NCBI GenBank assembly: GCA_963816355.1
Contig: CAWFKH010000005.1
Span: forward strand, 288,001 to 352,000
DNA length: 64,000 bases
Reading direction: 5' to 3'
Source: an uncultured Gemmatimonadales bacterium
GTDB lineage: Bacteria; Gemmatimonadota; Gemmatimonadetes; Longimicrobiales; RSA9
The translations under genes and the position numbers were made by a program. Below, one piece after another: positions 20,654 through 30,951 of the stretch; position 1 is the stretch's first letter, and each line of letters opens with the position of its first letter. The notes beneath the pieces are model-generated. The model was not told the DNA's origin and did no database searches. It saw nothing but the letters and a program-made list of their open reading frames with translations.

Positions 20654-20723
20654 CGGCGATCGCTCTTGAAGGAGTCGAGATGCGTCTGGCGGCGGCGGGG
20701 CGTTCCACGCTAGTCTGTGCATC

Positions 20724-22307
20724 ATGGCCGCCTTCGGCAAGTATCAGGTCCTGGAGCAGATCGGGCAGGGCGGCTTCGGCCGCGTCTACAGGGGCTACGA
20801 CCCGGTCCTGAAGCGCACCGTCGCCATCAAGACGTGCACGCTCGAGACGCCCGAACTGCGCGACCGCTTCATCCGCGAGGCGGAGATCGTCGCCGGCCTC
20901 AGCCATCCCAACATCGTCACCATCTACGACTTCGGCGAGGGCGACGGCGAACCGTACCTCGTCCAGGAGTACCTCGAGGGGGAGGACCTCGACGCCAAGA
21001 TCGAGCGCGGCGACGCGATCCCGCTTGCGACGAAGGTGGACTGGCTGGTCCAGGTGGCCGAAGGACTGCGCCACGCGCATGCGCACGGCGTCGTCCACCG
21101 GGACGTGAAGCCGGCCAACGTCCGCATCACACCGGACGGTCGCGTGCGCATCATGGACTTCGGCATCGCCAAGCTGATCGAAGCGGAGCGGCAGCTCACG
21201 CAGGTCGGCATGAGCGTCGGCACCGCCGGCTACCTCTCCCCCGAGCAGCTCATGGCGCAGGAGGTCGACCAACGCGCCGACATCTTCTCCTTCGGCGTCC
21301 TCGCCTACGAGCTGGTCAGCTATCGGCGGCCGTTCCAGGCCGACAGCATCAGCGCCATCTTCTACCGCATCGCGCACGAGCAGCCGACGCCGGTCCGCGA
21401 GATCTCGCCCGAGTGCCCGCCCCAACTCGCCGCGTGCATCGGCCGCTGCCTCGAGAAGGACCGCGACGACCGCTTCGCCGACCTCGGCGACGCGATCGCC
21501 GAGTTGAAGGGGGTCGCCGCGGCGCTGCAGAGCACAGACAAGGCACCGCCCCCGGCAGCGCCAAACCCGCCGGCGCCCGTCGAGGCGAGACGCCGCCGCT
21601 GGCGTGCGCTCCGATCGCCCGCGGCGTGGGGGCTCGCGACGGCGGCGGTCGCCGTGGGCGTGTGGGGCGTTCTCGCCGTCTCGCGCAGCGCCGAGTCGCT
21701 GCCGTCCGAAGCCAGCGGCGCCGCGCCGGACGCCGCGGCCGGCGCCCCGAGCACCACGGCGGCCGAGCAGACGCCGACGGCCGCCGCGTCGGCGCGGCCG
21801 GACGCGCGCCTCGCCGCCGCCCCGACCGCTTCCGTGCCGACCGCCGCTGCCGCCCCGGCGGCCTTCGCGAAGCCGCTGAACGAGGCGACGATCCTGGTGC
21901 TCGTCCGCGGCGAGGGGGACGCGCCGGCGGACGCCGCGGAAGCGGCGCTGATGGGGCGGCTCGGCGACTCGGGACGCGACGTCGTCGACGCGAACGCGCC
22001 GGGCGCGGGCGGGGCGGATGTCGCGTCGCTCGGCCGCCGCGGCGGCGCGCGCGTCGTCGTCCTGGCGGATCTGCAGACGCAGGCGGTCGCGTCGGTAGGC
22101 GGCTTCTACAGCGGCTCTGCGACGATGGTGGTGCGCGTGTACGACGCCGCCTCCAGCCGCCTGCTCGGCACCGCCACGCAGCGCGTCGGTGGCGGCGGCG
22201 TCCCGGCGAAGCTGGCCGCCGACCCGCTGCAGGCGCGTACGGCCGCCGCGACGCAGGCGGCCAACCGGGCGGCGCTGGAGGTGCTGCGGCTGACGCGCGG
22301 GCCGTAG
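20724..22307 (+). CDS. Hanks-type Ser/Thr protein kinase with TM helix and C-terminal alpha/beta domain
   Basis: IGQGGFGRVY, VAIK, HRDVKPAN, DFGIAK, GTAGYLSPE; TM segment WGLATAAVAVGVWGVLAV. Confidence 0.93.
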   Translation: MAAFGKYQVLEQIGQGGFGRVYRGYDPVLKRTVAIKTCTLETPELRDRFIREAEIVAGLSHPNIVTIYDFGEGDGEPYLVQEYLEGEDLDAKIERGDAIPLATKVDWLVQVAEGLRHAHAHGVVHRDVKPANVRITPDGRVRIMDFGIAKLIEAERQLTQVGMSVGTAGYLSPEQLMAQEVDQRADIFSFGVLAYELVSYRRPFQADSISAIFYRIAHEQPTPVREISPECPPQLAACIGRCLEKDRDDRFADLGDAIAELKGVAAALQSTDKAPPPAAPNPPAPVEARRRRWRALRSPAAWGLATAAVAVGVWGVLAVSRSAESLPSEASGAAPDAAAGAPSTTAAEQTPTAAASARPDARLAAAPTASVPTAAAAPAAFAKPLNEATILVLVRGEGDAPADAAEAALMGRLGDSGRDVVDANAPGAGGADVASLGRRGGARVVVLADLQTQAVASVGGFYSGSATMVVRVYDAASSRLLGTATQRVGGGGVPAKLAADPLQARTAAATQAANRAALEVLRLTRGP

Positions 22308-22374
22308 CGGGAGGCGCGGCCGGTCGGGCGCCAGCGGGCGGCGGTGCGCCGGCGCGCGCGAGCGGACGGCGGGC

Positions 22375-23280
22375 TCAGCCGGCGGCCGGCTTGACCGCGT
22401 CGCCTTCGGCGGCCTTGCCTTCCACGATCTTGCAGATGGAAGATTGCGAGAGCACGCGCACGACCTCGAGGACGCCGACCTTGTCGGTGACCTGGTCGAG
22501 CACGTTGCCGTCGGCGTCCCTGATCTGGTCGACGACGCGCATGACGTCGAAGCGGTCGCCCGCCTTCACGCCGGCGTTCTTGCCGCGGTCGATGTAGATC
22601 GAGCCGCCGCGCGAGCCGACGACCTTCGCTGCGGGTGCCGGCGGCGCGATGGCGGCGAGCTTCGCCTTGCCGTCGACGACCTTCTTCACGACGTCCTCGA
22701 CCGCGGGCCGCAGCGCTTCCTGCGCCACGCCCTGGTCGAAGTCGCGTTCGAAGTTGTAACTCTTGTACGCCGCGCCGCCGAAGCGCTTCTTGCCCGAACC
22801 CTCGCCGGCGAGCACAATCTCGCCGGTGCTCGTGTCGACGACGCGGATGTCGAGGCTGCTCTCCGCCTCGGCGAACGACGCGGAAAGCCGTCCGATGCCG
22901 GCGGACTTGCGGTCGATCGAGAACTTGGTGATCGAGCCGACGAGCACCGCCTGCGCGCCGAGGAGCTTGCCGATGCGCGCGGCGGTCGCGGGATCGACGG
23001 CGCCGCTGGCGCCCAGGTGCTGCTCAGCGAGCAGGTTCTCGACCTGGCGCCGCTCGACGACGGCGAACGCGCCGGAATTGACGAGCTGGGTCGTGATCTC
23101 GTCGGCCGCGGCGAGGCCGAGCCGATCACCCCAGAAGCTGAAGCTGCTGTTGTTGTCGAGAGCGAGCACCGCGATGCGCGGCTTCGACGTCTGCGCCCGC
23201 AACGGGTGCGTCGCGGCGGCGGCGAGGGCGGCGGCGAGGGCGAGGGCGGTCACGCGCCCGCGCGGATGGCGAAACGACAC
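22375..23280 (-). CDS. CsgG/HfaB-family exported protein with FlgT_C-like tail
   Basis: GGAGGTG RBS and GTG start; signal peptide; PRIAVLAL, FAVVERRQVENLLAEQ, AARIGKLLGAQ, DIRVVDTSTGEI; tail IYIDRGKNAGVKAGDRFDV. Confidence 0.85.
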   Translation of the reverse strand: MSFRHPRGRVTALALAAALAAAATHPLRAQTSKPRIAVLALDNNSSFSFWGDRLGLAAADEITTQLVNSGAFAVVERRQVENLLAEQHLGASGAVDPATAARIGKLLGAQAVLVGSITKFSIDRKSAGIGRLSASFAEAESSLDIRVVDTSTGEIVLAGEGSGKKRFGGAAYKSYNFERDFDQGVAQEALRPAVEDVVKKVVDGKAKLAAIAPPAPAAKVVGSRGGSIYIDRGKNAGVKAGDRFDVMRVVDQIRDADGNVLDQVTDKVGVLEVVRVLSQSSICKIVEGKAAEGDAVKPAAG

Positions 23281-23416
23281 GGGAGATCACCTCCATCGAG
23301 AGTACCGGTGACCCGGCCGGTTTGATTTGTCGCGTCAGGGCCACGACTGTCAAGGCCGCCGGCCACCGACGTTCTCGTGCGTGGCGGAGCATCCGGAAAC
23401 AACGAAAGGACGGACG

Positions 23417-25320
23417 ATGGGCACGTTCATCGCTCGGTCGGGCGCGCGCGCGCTGCGGGCGCGTGCGGTTTTCGCGGCGCGCGCGTTCAGCGCGCTGTTC
23501 CTCGCCGCGTGCGCGGGCGGCGACACGATCGGCCCGTCCGGCGACTTTCACGTCGACCCCGCTTCGTTTCCGCTGCTGGTGGGGCAGACGGTGCAGCTCA
23601 CGGCGGTGGACGCGCCCGGCACCGTGCGGTGGTCGTCGAGCGACGCCACGATCGCGTCCGTCGTGCCGGAGACCGGCTTCGTCACCGCCCAGGGCCGCGG
23701 CGTCGCGACGATCAGCGCGGTGAGCAAGGCGCAGGTCGCCTCCGCCACGATCACGGTGACGGTGCCGCCGGCGATCGCGCTCGCCACGCCGACGCTCGCC
23801 TTCGACGTGACACAGGGCGACGCCGATCCCGCGCCGCAGACGGTGGCGGTGACGAACGCCGGCGACGGCACGCTGGCCGGGCTCGCCGTCGGCGCCGTCC
23901 AGTACGCGGAGGGGCAGCCGCAGGGGTGGCTGTCGGCGCAGCTCAGCGGGGCGACGGCGCCCGCGACGCTCACGGTGGGCGTCTCCGCCGCCGGACTGCC
24001 GCTCGGCACCTACTCCGCCGTCGTGCCGGTGAGCGCGCAGGGGGTCGACAACTCGCCGCAAAACGTCGTCGTGACGTTCCGCGTGCTGGCGCCGCCGAGC
24101 ATCGCGCTGTCGCGCAGCGTGGTCCCGATGAGCGCGATCCCGGAGCAGACCGTGGAGGAGACGATCGACGTCACGAACGGCGGCGGCCGTCCGCTCACCG
24201 GCCTGAGCGCCGGCGTCGCCTACGCCGCCGGGCAGCCGCAGGGTTGGCTGGAGGCGACGCTCGACGCGACCGCAGCGCCCGCGACGCTCACGCTGCGCGC
24301 GACGTCCGGCAGCATGCCGCTCGGCACGTACGACGCGACCGTAACCGTCGCCTCCGACCTCGCCGGCGTCGCCGCGAAGACGATCGCCGTCCACTTCACG
24401 CTCTCGCCCGGACCGGCGATCCACCTCGACCGGACCGCCGTCCACCTGGCGGCGAGCCCCGGCACCGACGCCGCGCCGGTCGACGTCGCCGTCACGAACG
24501 GCGGCGGCGGCACGCTGAGCGGGCTGGCGATCTCGCCGGTGACGTACGGGGCCGGCCAGCCGACCGGCTGGCTCGCGGCGGCGCTCGGGGCGACGACGGC
24601 GCCGACGACGCTCACGCTCACGCCCGCCACCGCCTCGCTGCCGCAGGGCACCTACACCGCCACCGTGACCCTCTCCTCGCCGGTGGCGAGCAACAGTCCG
24701 CTCGCCGTCGAAGTGACGCTCGACATCGCGCCGCCCGCGAGGATCGCCGTCAATCCGGCGTCGCTCGCGTTCAGCTCGTTCCAGGGGGCGAGCATCCAGC
24801 CCAATCCGCAGGGCGTCAGCGTCACGAACAGCGGCGGCGGCACGCTGAGCGGACTGTCGTCGACGGTGTCGTACGACAACGGCGCCGGCTGGCTGCAGCT
24901 CACGTGGCAGGGCGGCAACACCACCGCACCCGCCACGCTCATCGTGCAGCCGGTCACCGGCGCGCTCGCGGAAGGCACCTACACCGCCACCATCACCATA
25001 TCGACCGACATCTCCGGCGTCGCGTCGAAGGCCGTGGGCGTGACGTTCACGGTGCGAAGCTTCACGACGGACGTGTACTCGATTCTGGGCCGAATTGCTC
25101 AAGCTGCCACTTCGCGAACAACGCATCGGCGGCCCACATGTACGCAAACGGCCAGGTCACCCCGGGGAACCCGCGGCGAAGCGAGCTCTACTGCAGGATC
25201 GCACGGCGGCTCGCCGTGCGGGCACGCGGCAGATGCCGCACCGCGCCAGCTTCACCGCTGACGGGGAACCAAATCGCCGTCATCGCCGCCTGGATCCTGG
25301 CCGGAGCGCCGTTCAACTGA
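23417..25320 (+). CDS. Lipoprotein with Big_2 domain, four BACON/Ig-like repeats and a C-terminal c-type cytochrome (CxxCH) domain; frameshift near 25090
   Basis: Lipobox LAAC; four repeats VTNxGxGxLxGL..GWL..APATLT..GTY. After SFTTDVYSILG another frame gives PNCSSCH...PGNPRRSELYCRI...LTGNQIAVIAAWILAGAPFN*; restoring 1 nt gives 635 codons. Confidence 0.75.
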
Positions 25321-25392
25321 CGCCCTGGCCTGAACCCCACCCGGCCGGCCCACCGCCGCCCCGGCCCAGGCCGCAGGTCGCGCGGGCACACG

Positions 25393-25431
25393 AAAAGACG
25401 GATCGTGTCCGGAATGCGGACACGATCCGTC
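25393..25431 (-). terminator. Perfect 15-bp hairpin, probable intrinsic terminator between convergent genes
   Basis: GACGGATCGTGTCCG-GAATG-CGGACACGATCCGTC (25397-25431) preceded by AAAA, i.e. a U4 tract on the minus strand. Confidence 0.6.
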
Positions 25432-25619
25432 CCGCACCACACGGAGTCGCGCGCCCCGCAGACCGCAGCCCCCCCGCGAAGCGCGAAGCCGCGAGCCCCC
25501 CAGACCCCGTCCCCCCGACCCCCCGCAGACCCCCTCCGCAGACCCCAGACCGGTCCGCCGTACACCCGCCGGCCGAACCCTGCGACAAGCCGGAGAGCAC
25601 CCACCCCCCGAAAACGCCC

Positions 25620-26891
25620 CTAGAAGCTTCTCTCCACCCCGAGGGTCCAGAGCGCCTTCGGCGTCATGCCGGCGTCGGCGAGCGGGATCAGCGCGTTCGC
25701 GACGATGCGGAAGCCCGCCGACGTCTGCAGCTTCCCGCCGAAGGAGAAGTCGAGGTGGTTGTCCTTGCGGTCCGGGATGTCGGTGAGGGTGACGGTGCGG
25801 ACGACCGGCGCGGTGTAGACGGCCGGCGGCGGCAGGATGAGCTTCGAGTCACCGAGCTGGATGTCGGTCACCAGGTCGACGGCGAGGGTGGCGAACGGCG
25901 CGAGGAGCTGGTCGAAGCCGACGGCGCCGATGATCGAGTTGTTCTGCAGCTCGCTGCTGCGGAACGCGCCGCCGAGGTTGAGGTGGGGCGAGAAGTCGGC
26001 GAAGCGGCCGGAGAGGATGCCGAGCGCGCGCACGAAGGTCTCGCCGCCGCCGGTGAAGTTGTCCTCGTCGCCGGTGGGCAGCCGCACATCGGCGAGCGCG
26101 GCGAAGCCGAAGCGGTCGCCCTGGTAGAGCTGGGCCTTGGCGCGCACCGCGACGTCGCCGATTCCGGTCTTGGAGCCACTCGAGCTCGCGGTCGCGGTGA
26201 GGGACGGGTTGGCCTCGGTGCCGAACGCGTGCGGCGAGGGGAACTGGAAGACATCGATCACGGCGGTGCTCGTGCCGCTGACGGACGAGCGGACGAAGGG
26301 GACGAGGATGCCGATGTCGATGCGGTCGAACAGGCCGTACGTCGCGTAGAAGGAGGCGACGAGCATCGACACGTCCAGGTTGGTCGTGACGTCGATGACG
26401 TCGTTCTCGAAGGTCGGGTCGCCGAGGGCCGCGGCGCCGACGTTCTGGTGGGGGAAGCGGAAGGATATGTGGTCGAGCGGCACGCCGCGGATGCGGTCCA
26501 GCTTGATGCCGCTCACGGCGAACCCGGCGAGGAAGCGGCCGCGGCCGAGCGTCTGCGCGCGGTCGGCGAAGATCGGGCCGGCGGAGACCGACGTCGCCAC
26601 GGGCACGCCGTTCTGGAAGCCGAAGGTGACGCCGCTGTTCGCCGTCGTGAACGGCACGTTGCCGAGGCTGGTGGCGATCGCGCTGTTGAGGAAGGCGAGC
26701 AGATTGTCCTGCCCCTGCACGAGGCTCGGATTGAAGTGGGCGCCGTGGACGGCGGCGTTCACGTCGAGGCAGAGCGGCTCACCGCACGAGCCGAAGGTGA
26801 AGAGCGCCGTGACGTGATCGCTGAGGGTCTGGGCGCGAACGGTACCTGAGGACACGGCGAGCAGCGCGAGAACCGCCATCAATCGACGCAT
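25620..26891 (-). CDS. Outer-membrane beta-barrel 'transporter' (MetA/phenol-degradation-like family)
   Basis: Signal peptide MRRLMAVLALLAVSSGTVRA; GPIFADRAQTLGRG, GIGDVAVRAK, LPTGDEDNFTGGG; amphipathic strands; C-terminal Phe. Confidence 0.7.
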   Translation of the reverse strand: MRRLMAVLALLAVSSGTVRAQTLSDHVTALFTFGSCGEPLCLDVNAAVHGAHFNPSLVQGQDNLLAFLNSAIATSLGNVPFTTANSGVTFGFQNGVPVATSVSAGPIFADRAQTLGRGRFLAGFAVSGIKLDRIRGVPLDHISFRFPHQNVGAAALGDPTFENDVIDVTTNLDVSMLVASFYATYGLFDRIDIGILVPFVRSSVSGTSTAVIDVFQFPSPHAFGTEANPSLTATASSSGSKTGIGDVAVRAKAQLYQGDRFGFAALADVRLPTGDEDNFTGGGETFVRALGILSGRFADFSPHLNLGGAFRSSELQNNSIIGAVGFDQLLAPFATLAVDLVTDIQLGDSKLILPPPAVYTAPVVRTVTLTDIPDRKDNHLDFSFGGKLQTSAGFRIVANALIPLADAGMTPKALWTLGVERSF

Positions 26892-27137
26892 TCGATCTCT
26901 CCCATCGTCGGGGTTGCCGGGTTGGCGATAGTTACGGCGCACGGGCGGCCGGCGCAACGGTGGCTCAACGCGCGGGCGGGCGCGCCGCAGCGGCGCCGAC
27001 ACCGCGCAGCAAGGCCGCGCCCCGGCGCGCAGCGCGGCCGCGCCCCGGCGCACGGCGGGATTGCGTGAACCGGCGCGCTGGCGCATCGTTCCTCTTCCCT
27101 GTCATCGCGTTCCGCCACGCGCGCGTCCTTCGAGAGA

Positions 27138-29925
27138 ATGAGCTCTCCACGCCTCTGCATCGCCTGTCGCTCCGTCATGGGAGCCGACGACGAGCGGTGT
27201 CCGAGCTGCGGCGCAGTCCAGCCGACGTCGCCGGACGCCCGCCACCGGCGCGACGCCGCCGCCCGGGACGCCGCCGCCCGGGACACCGCCGCCCGGCGTC
27301 GCGGGCGCGGGTGGCGCGCACGCGGCGCCGCAGGTAGGCGGCTCGGGGCTGGCGCTGGAGCCGCCGTGGGACGCCGTTTTCGAGAAGCTGCGGCAGGTGA
27401 CGGCGCCGCGTTATAGGGTGCAGAGCGTGCTGGGATACGGCGGCATGGCGGCGGTGTTCCTGGCGGAGGACCCGCGCCTCGGCCGGCGGGTGGCGGTCAA
27501 GGTGATGGCGCCGGGGCTGATGGTCGACTCGCGGCTGGTGGAGCGCTTCGAGCAGGAGGCGCGCACCATCGCGCAGCTCTCGCACCCGAACATCGTCACG
27601 ATCTACGAGGTGGAGCAGCGCGAGGGGCTCCACTACTTCTCGATGAGCTACATGCCCGGGCGCTCGCTCGGGGACGTGCTGGGGGACCTGGTCGAGCCGC
27701 TGGCGATCGACGTCGTGCGGGCGTGGCTCGCGCAGGTGGGCGGCGCGCTGGCCTACGCGCACCGCGCGGGGATCGTCCACCGCGACATCAAGCCGGGCAA
27801 CATCCTCCTCGATGGCGACGGCAACGCGCGCGTCACCGATTTCGGCATCGCGAAGGTGGCGGACGAGCCGAGCCTGACGCGCACGGGCATGCTGGTGGGC
27901 ACGCCGGCGTACATGAGCCCGGAGCAGTGCACGACGGGGCAGGTGGAGGGCGCCTCGGACCAGTATTCTCTGGGCGCCGTCGCCTACCAGATGCTGACGG
28001 GCGCGCCCCCCTTCTCCGGCAACACGATCGCGGTGCTGCAGGCGCACGTCGCGCAGCCGCCGCGGCCGATCCGCGACGTGCGGCCGGACTGCCCGGAGGA
28101 GCTGGCTTCGGCGGTCGAGCGGATGCTCGCGAAGGAGCCGGCCGCGCGCTGGCCGGGCCTCTCGGCGGCGATCGGCGCGATGGGCGCGACGCTGCCCGGC
28201 CTCGGCGACCCGGTGCTCGAACGCATGGCGGCGTACGCGACGCACGTCGCGGGGATCGCTATCGAGGATCCGCCCACCGAGCTGCGGGAAGGCGAGGCGC
28301 GTCCGCTGCGCGCCATCGTGTGGGACGCGGCGGGGAACCCGCTCGAGAGCCGCCGCATCTTCTGGGAGTCGTCCGAACCGGCCGTCGCGGTGGTGACGGA
28401 GACCTCCGCGCTGTGCGCGCTGCGCCCCGGCTCTTCGCGCATCGCCGCCCGCTGCGGCAACCGCTACGACGTCTTTGACGTCGCCGTCGCCGCCGATCCG
28501 GTGGAATCGCTCGAGGTCGTGCCGCCGGCGGGCGAGGTCCCGCGCGGTCACTCGATCGAGCTGTCGGCGCGCGCGCGTCCGCGAGGCGGCGGCAGACCGC
28601 GCGAGCGCGCCGTGGTGTGGACCTCCAGCAATCCGTCGATCGCCCGCGTGTCGCTCGACGGCCGTGTCGAGGCGGTCGGCGCCGGCACGGCCGTGATCAC
28701 CGCCTCCAGCGGCGAGATCTCCGCCGCCGTGTCGCTGACCGTGACGGAGCCGGAGATCGAGCGCTCCACCCTCACCTACGCCGCTCCGGCGGCGCCGGCC
28801 CCGGCCACACCCGCGGCCGCCACACCGGCGCAGGCCATGCCGGCCACGCCCGCACCGGATACGGCCGCGGCAGCGGTGTCCACGGCGGCGGCGCCCGGCG
28901 CCGGCCGCCCCCAGGACCAACATTCTTCGCGAACAGAGCGCTACGGGGAGCCGGCGGACGCCGGGCGGCCGGTCGGAGGCCGCCTTCGCCGCGCGCTTCC
29001 CCTCGCCGCCGCCGTCGTGGTCGTGGTGGGCGCGGGCGTCGTGGTGCTCTCGCGGCGCGGCGGTGCTCCGGCTGAGCCGCCGCAGGCGGCCGCGACGGCG
29101 CCCGCCACTCCGCCGGCGGACGGCGCGGCGGACGGCGGCGGCGATCGCGTTGCGGACGCGGGCGCGGCGAACGCGGCCTCAGGCGCGGGCGACGCCGGTG
29201 CGGGCGCGGGCGACGCCGGTGCGGCGGCGAGCCGGCTCGCCGCTACCTCGCCGCGGCAGGCGACGGACGGCGGCCGGTCGCCGGTGACAGGGACCACCCC
29301 CCAGCCGGCGACCGGAAGCGCGACGCGCGGCGCGGCGAACGCGGCGGACGCCGGTGGCGCGGCGGCGCCGACGTCGTCGAGCCCGCGGGTCTCGAGCCCG
29401 GCGCCGGCCGGCGGTGACGGCACGCGAACGGGCGCGGCGCCGGCGGGCGGCGATGGGCCCACTCGCACGACGCCGGGCGTGCCGCCGCCGCAGCCCGCTT
29501 CTCCGGGCGATGCGAGCGGCACGGGCGGCGCTCCGGCGGCCGGAGCGGCCGCGGCGACCGCTCCGGCGACGCGTGTGAGGGGCGACGCGGCGGACGCGGC
29601 GTCGATCGGGCGCGCGATCGGCGGCTTCGTCGCGGCGTTCTCGGCGCGGCGCGTCGCCGACGTGATTCCGCTGATGCCGTCGGACGCGCGCGCGCCCTGG
29701 CGGCAGTTGCTGCAGTCACCGCAGGTCACGCAGTTCCGGGTCACACTGAAGTCGTCGGAGCGGCCGCGCTTCACGGCGGACGGCGCGACGGCGGCGTTCG
29801 TCGTGCGCGTCTCCTTCCACAACGAGAACCGTACGGTCGACAACGAGCTTCGCTACGTCGGGAGTCTCGAGCCCACGCCGTCGGGGGAGTGGCGGCTGAC
29901 GGGGCTGCAGATGGGCGGGCGCTGA
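27138..29925 (+). CDS. Ser/Thr kinase with N-terminal zinc ribbon, two Big_2 domains, TM helix and C-terminal domain; frameshift near 27240
   Basis: CIAC...CPSCG ribbon from ATG 27138. The kinase frame is open upstream through ATGATPPPG...WDAVFEKL; LGYGGMAAVF, HRDIKPGN, DFGIAK; VWTSSNPSIARV (Big_2). Removing 1 nt gives 929 codons. Confidence 0.85.
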
Positions 29926-29997
29926 GGCGCGTGCCGCGGCCCGGGCCATGCAATGCGAAGGCGTGCCCGGGAACGACTCGACGACGGCAGGATCGTG

Positions 29998-30861
29998 ATG
30001 GCAACTCGACCATGGCTCCGCAGCATCGCGACGATCGCCAAGGGATTGGGGATCTTCCTCCTCTGGAATCTGGGCATCGTGCCGGTGCTGCTGCTTCCGC
30101 CGGTGGCATCCGCAGCGTGGATGGCGGTGCTGATCTTCGCGTTCTACCGGGTGCTGATCGCGCGCAACCTGGGTGAGGGACGCGCGCCACAACGCACGCT
30201 GCTGCGGCTGCGGCCGCCGGGCGCGGCGGTGCCGTGGGCGCTCGCGGCGGCGCTGCCGCTCTTCGTGCTGGGCGTAAGCAGCGCCGCGGTCTTCACGAGC
30301 ATCGGCCACGCGCCGACGCTGCGCGGCGCGGAGTTCCTGGAGCAGTACGCGCACCGGCCGTGGGGGTGGCTGCCGCTGTCGCTGCTCGCGGTGGTGTTCG
30401 CGCCGCTCCTGGAGGAACTCGTCTTTCGCGGTTACGTGCAGCGCACGCTCGAGCGGCGGCTCGGCCCGATCGCGGGGATCGCGGCCGCGGCGGCGGTGTT
30501 CGGCTTCGCGCACGGCCTCGCGATCGGCAACGTGAGCCGCTTCCTGATGGGGCTCGTGCTCGGCGCGGCGGTCTACATGACCGGCTCGATCTGGACGTCG
30601 GTGATCCTGCACGCGATGAACAACGGGATCGTCATGATCCTGGCTCCGCTGGCCGACCGCGCCTCGGCCCGCTCCGCGGAGCTGCTCATCCAGGGGAGCG
30701 GCCGCCTCGGCTTCGAGCTGCTGGGCCTCTCGGCGAGCGTGGCCGCCCTGCTGCTGCTCGGACTGCGGGCACGCCGCGAAATCCCGGCGCCCTCCGCCGA
30801 ACCGCCCGCCACCGAACCGCCCGCGCCGCCGCTCGCCGGGGCCGAAGGCGTGACGTCGTAA
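29998..30861 (+). CDS. CPBP/CAAX-family intramembrane metalloprotease
   Basis: APLLEELVFRGY, FGFAH, HAMNN motifs; multiple TM helices. Confidence 0.92.
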   Translation: MATRPWLRSIATIAKGLGIFLLWNLGIVPVLLLPPVASAAWMAVLIFAFYRVLIARNLGEGRAPQRTLLRLRPPGAAVPWALAAALPLFVLGVSSAAVFTSIGHAPTLRGAEFLEQYAHRPWGWLPLSLLAVVFAPLLEELVFRGYVQRTLERRLGPIAGIAAAAAVFGFAHGLAIGNVSRFLMGLVLGAAVYMTGSIWTSVILHAMNNGIVMILAPLADRASARSAELLIQGSGRLGFELLGLSASVAALLLLGLRARREIPAPSAEPPATEPPAPPLAGAEGVTS

Positions 30862-30951
30862 GGCGCCGGGTGTCATATTGAATCTTCTGAAGCGACGCGC
30901 CGCGGCGGGCGACCGGCTCGCGCGGTGACGCAGATCCGATCGGAGGGTTCA

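Noticed and set aside
22375..23280. Curli biogenesis locus
   Set aside because: Only a CsgG-like fold is present; no csgA/B/E/F-like genes.
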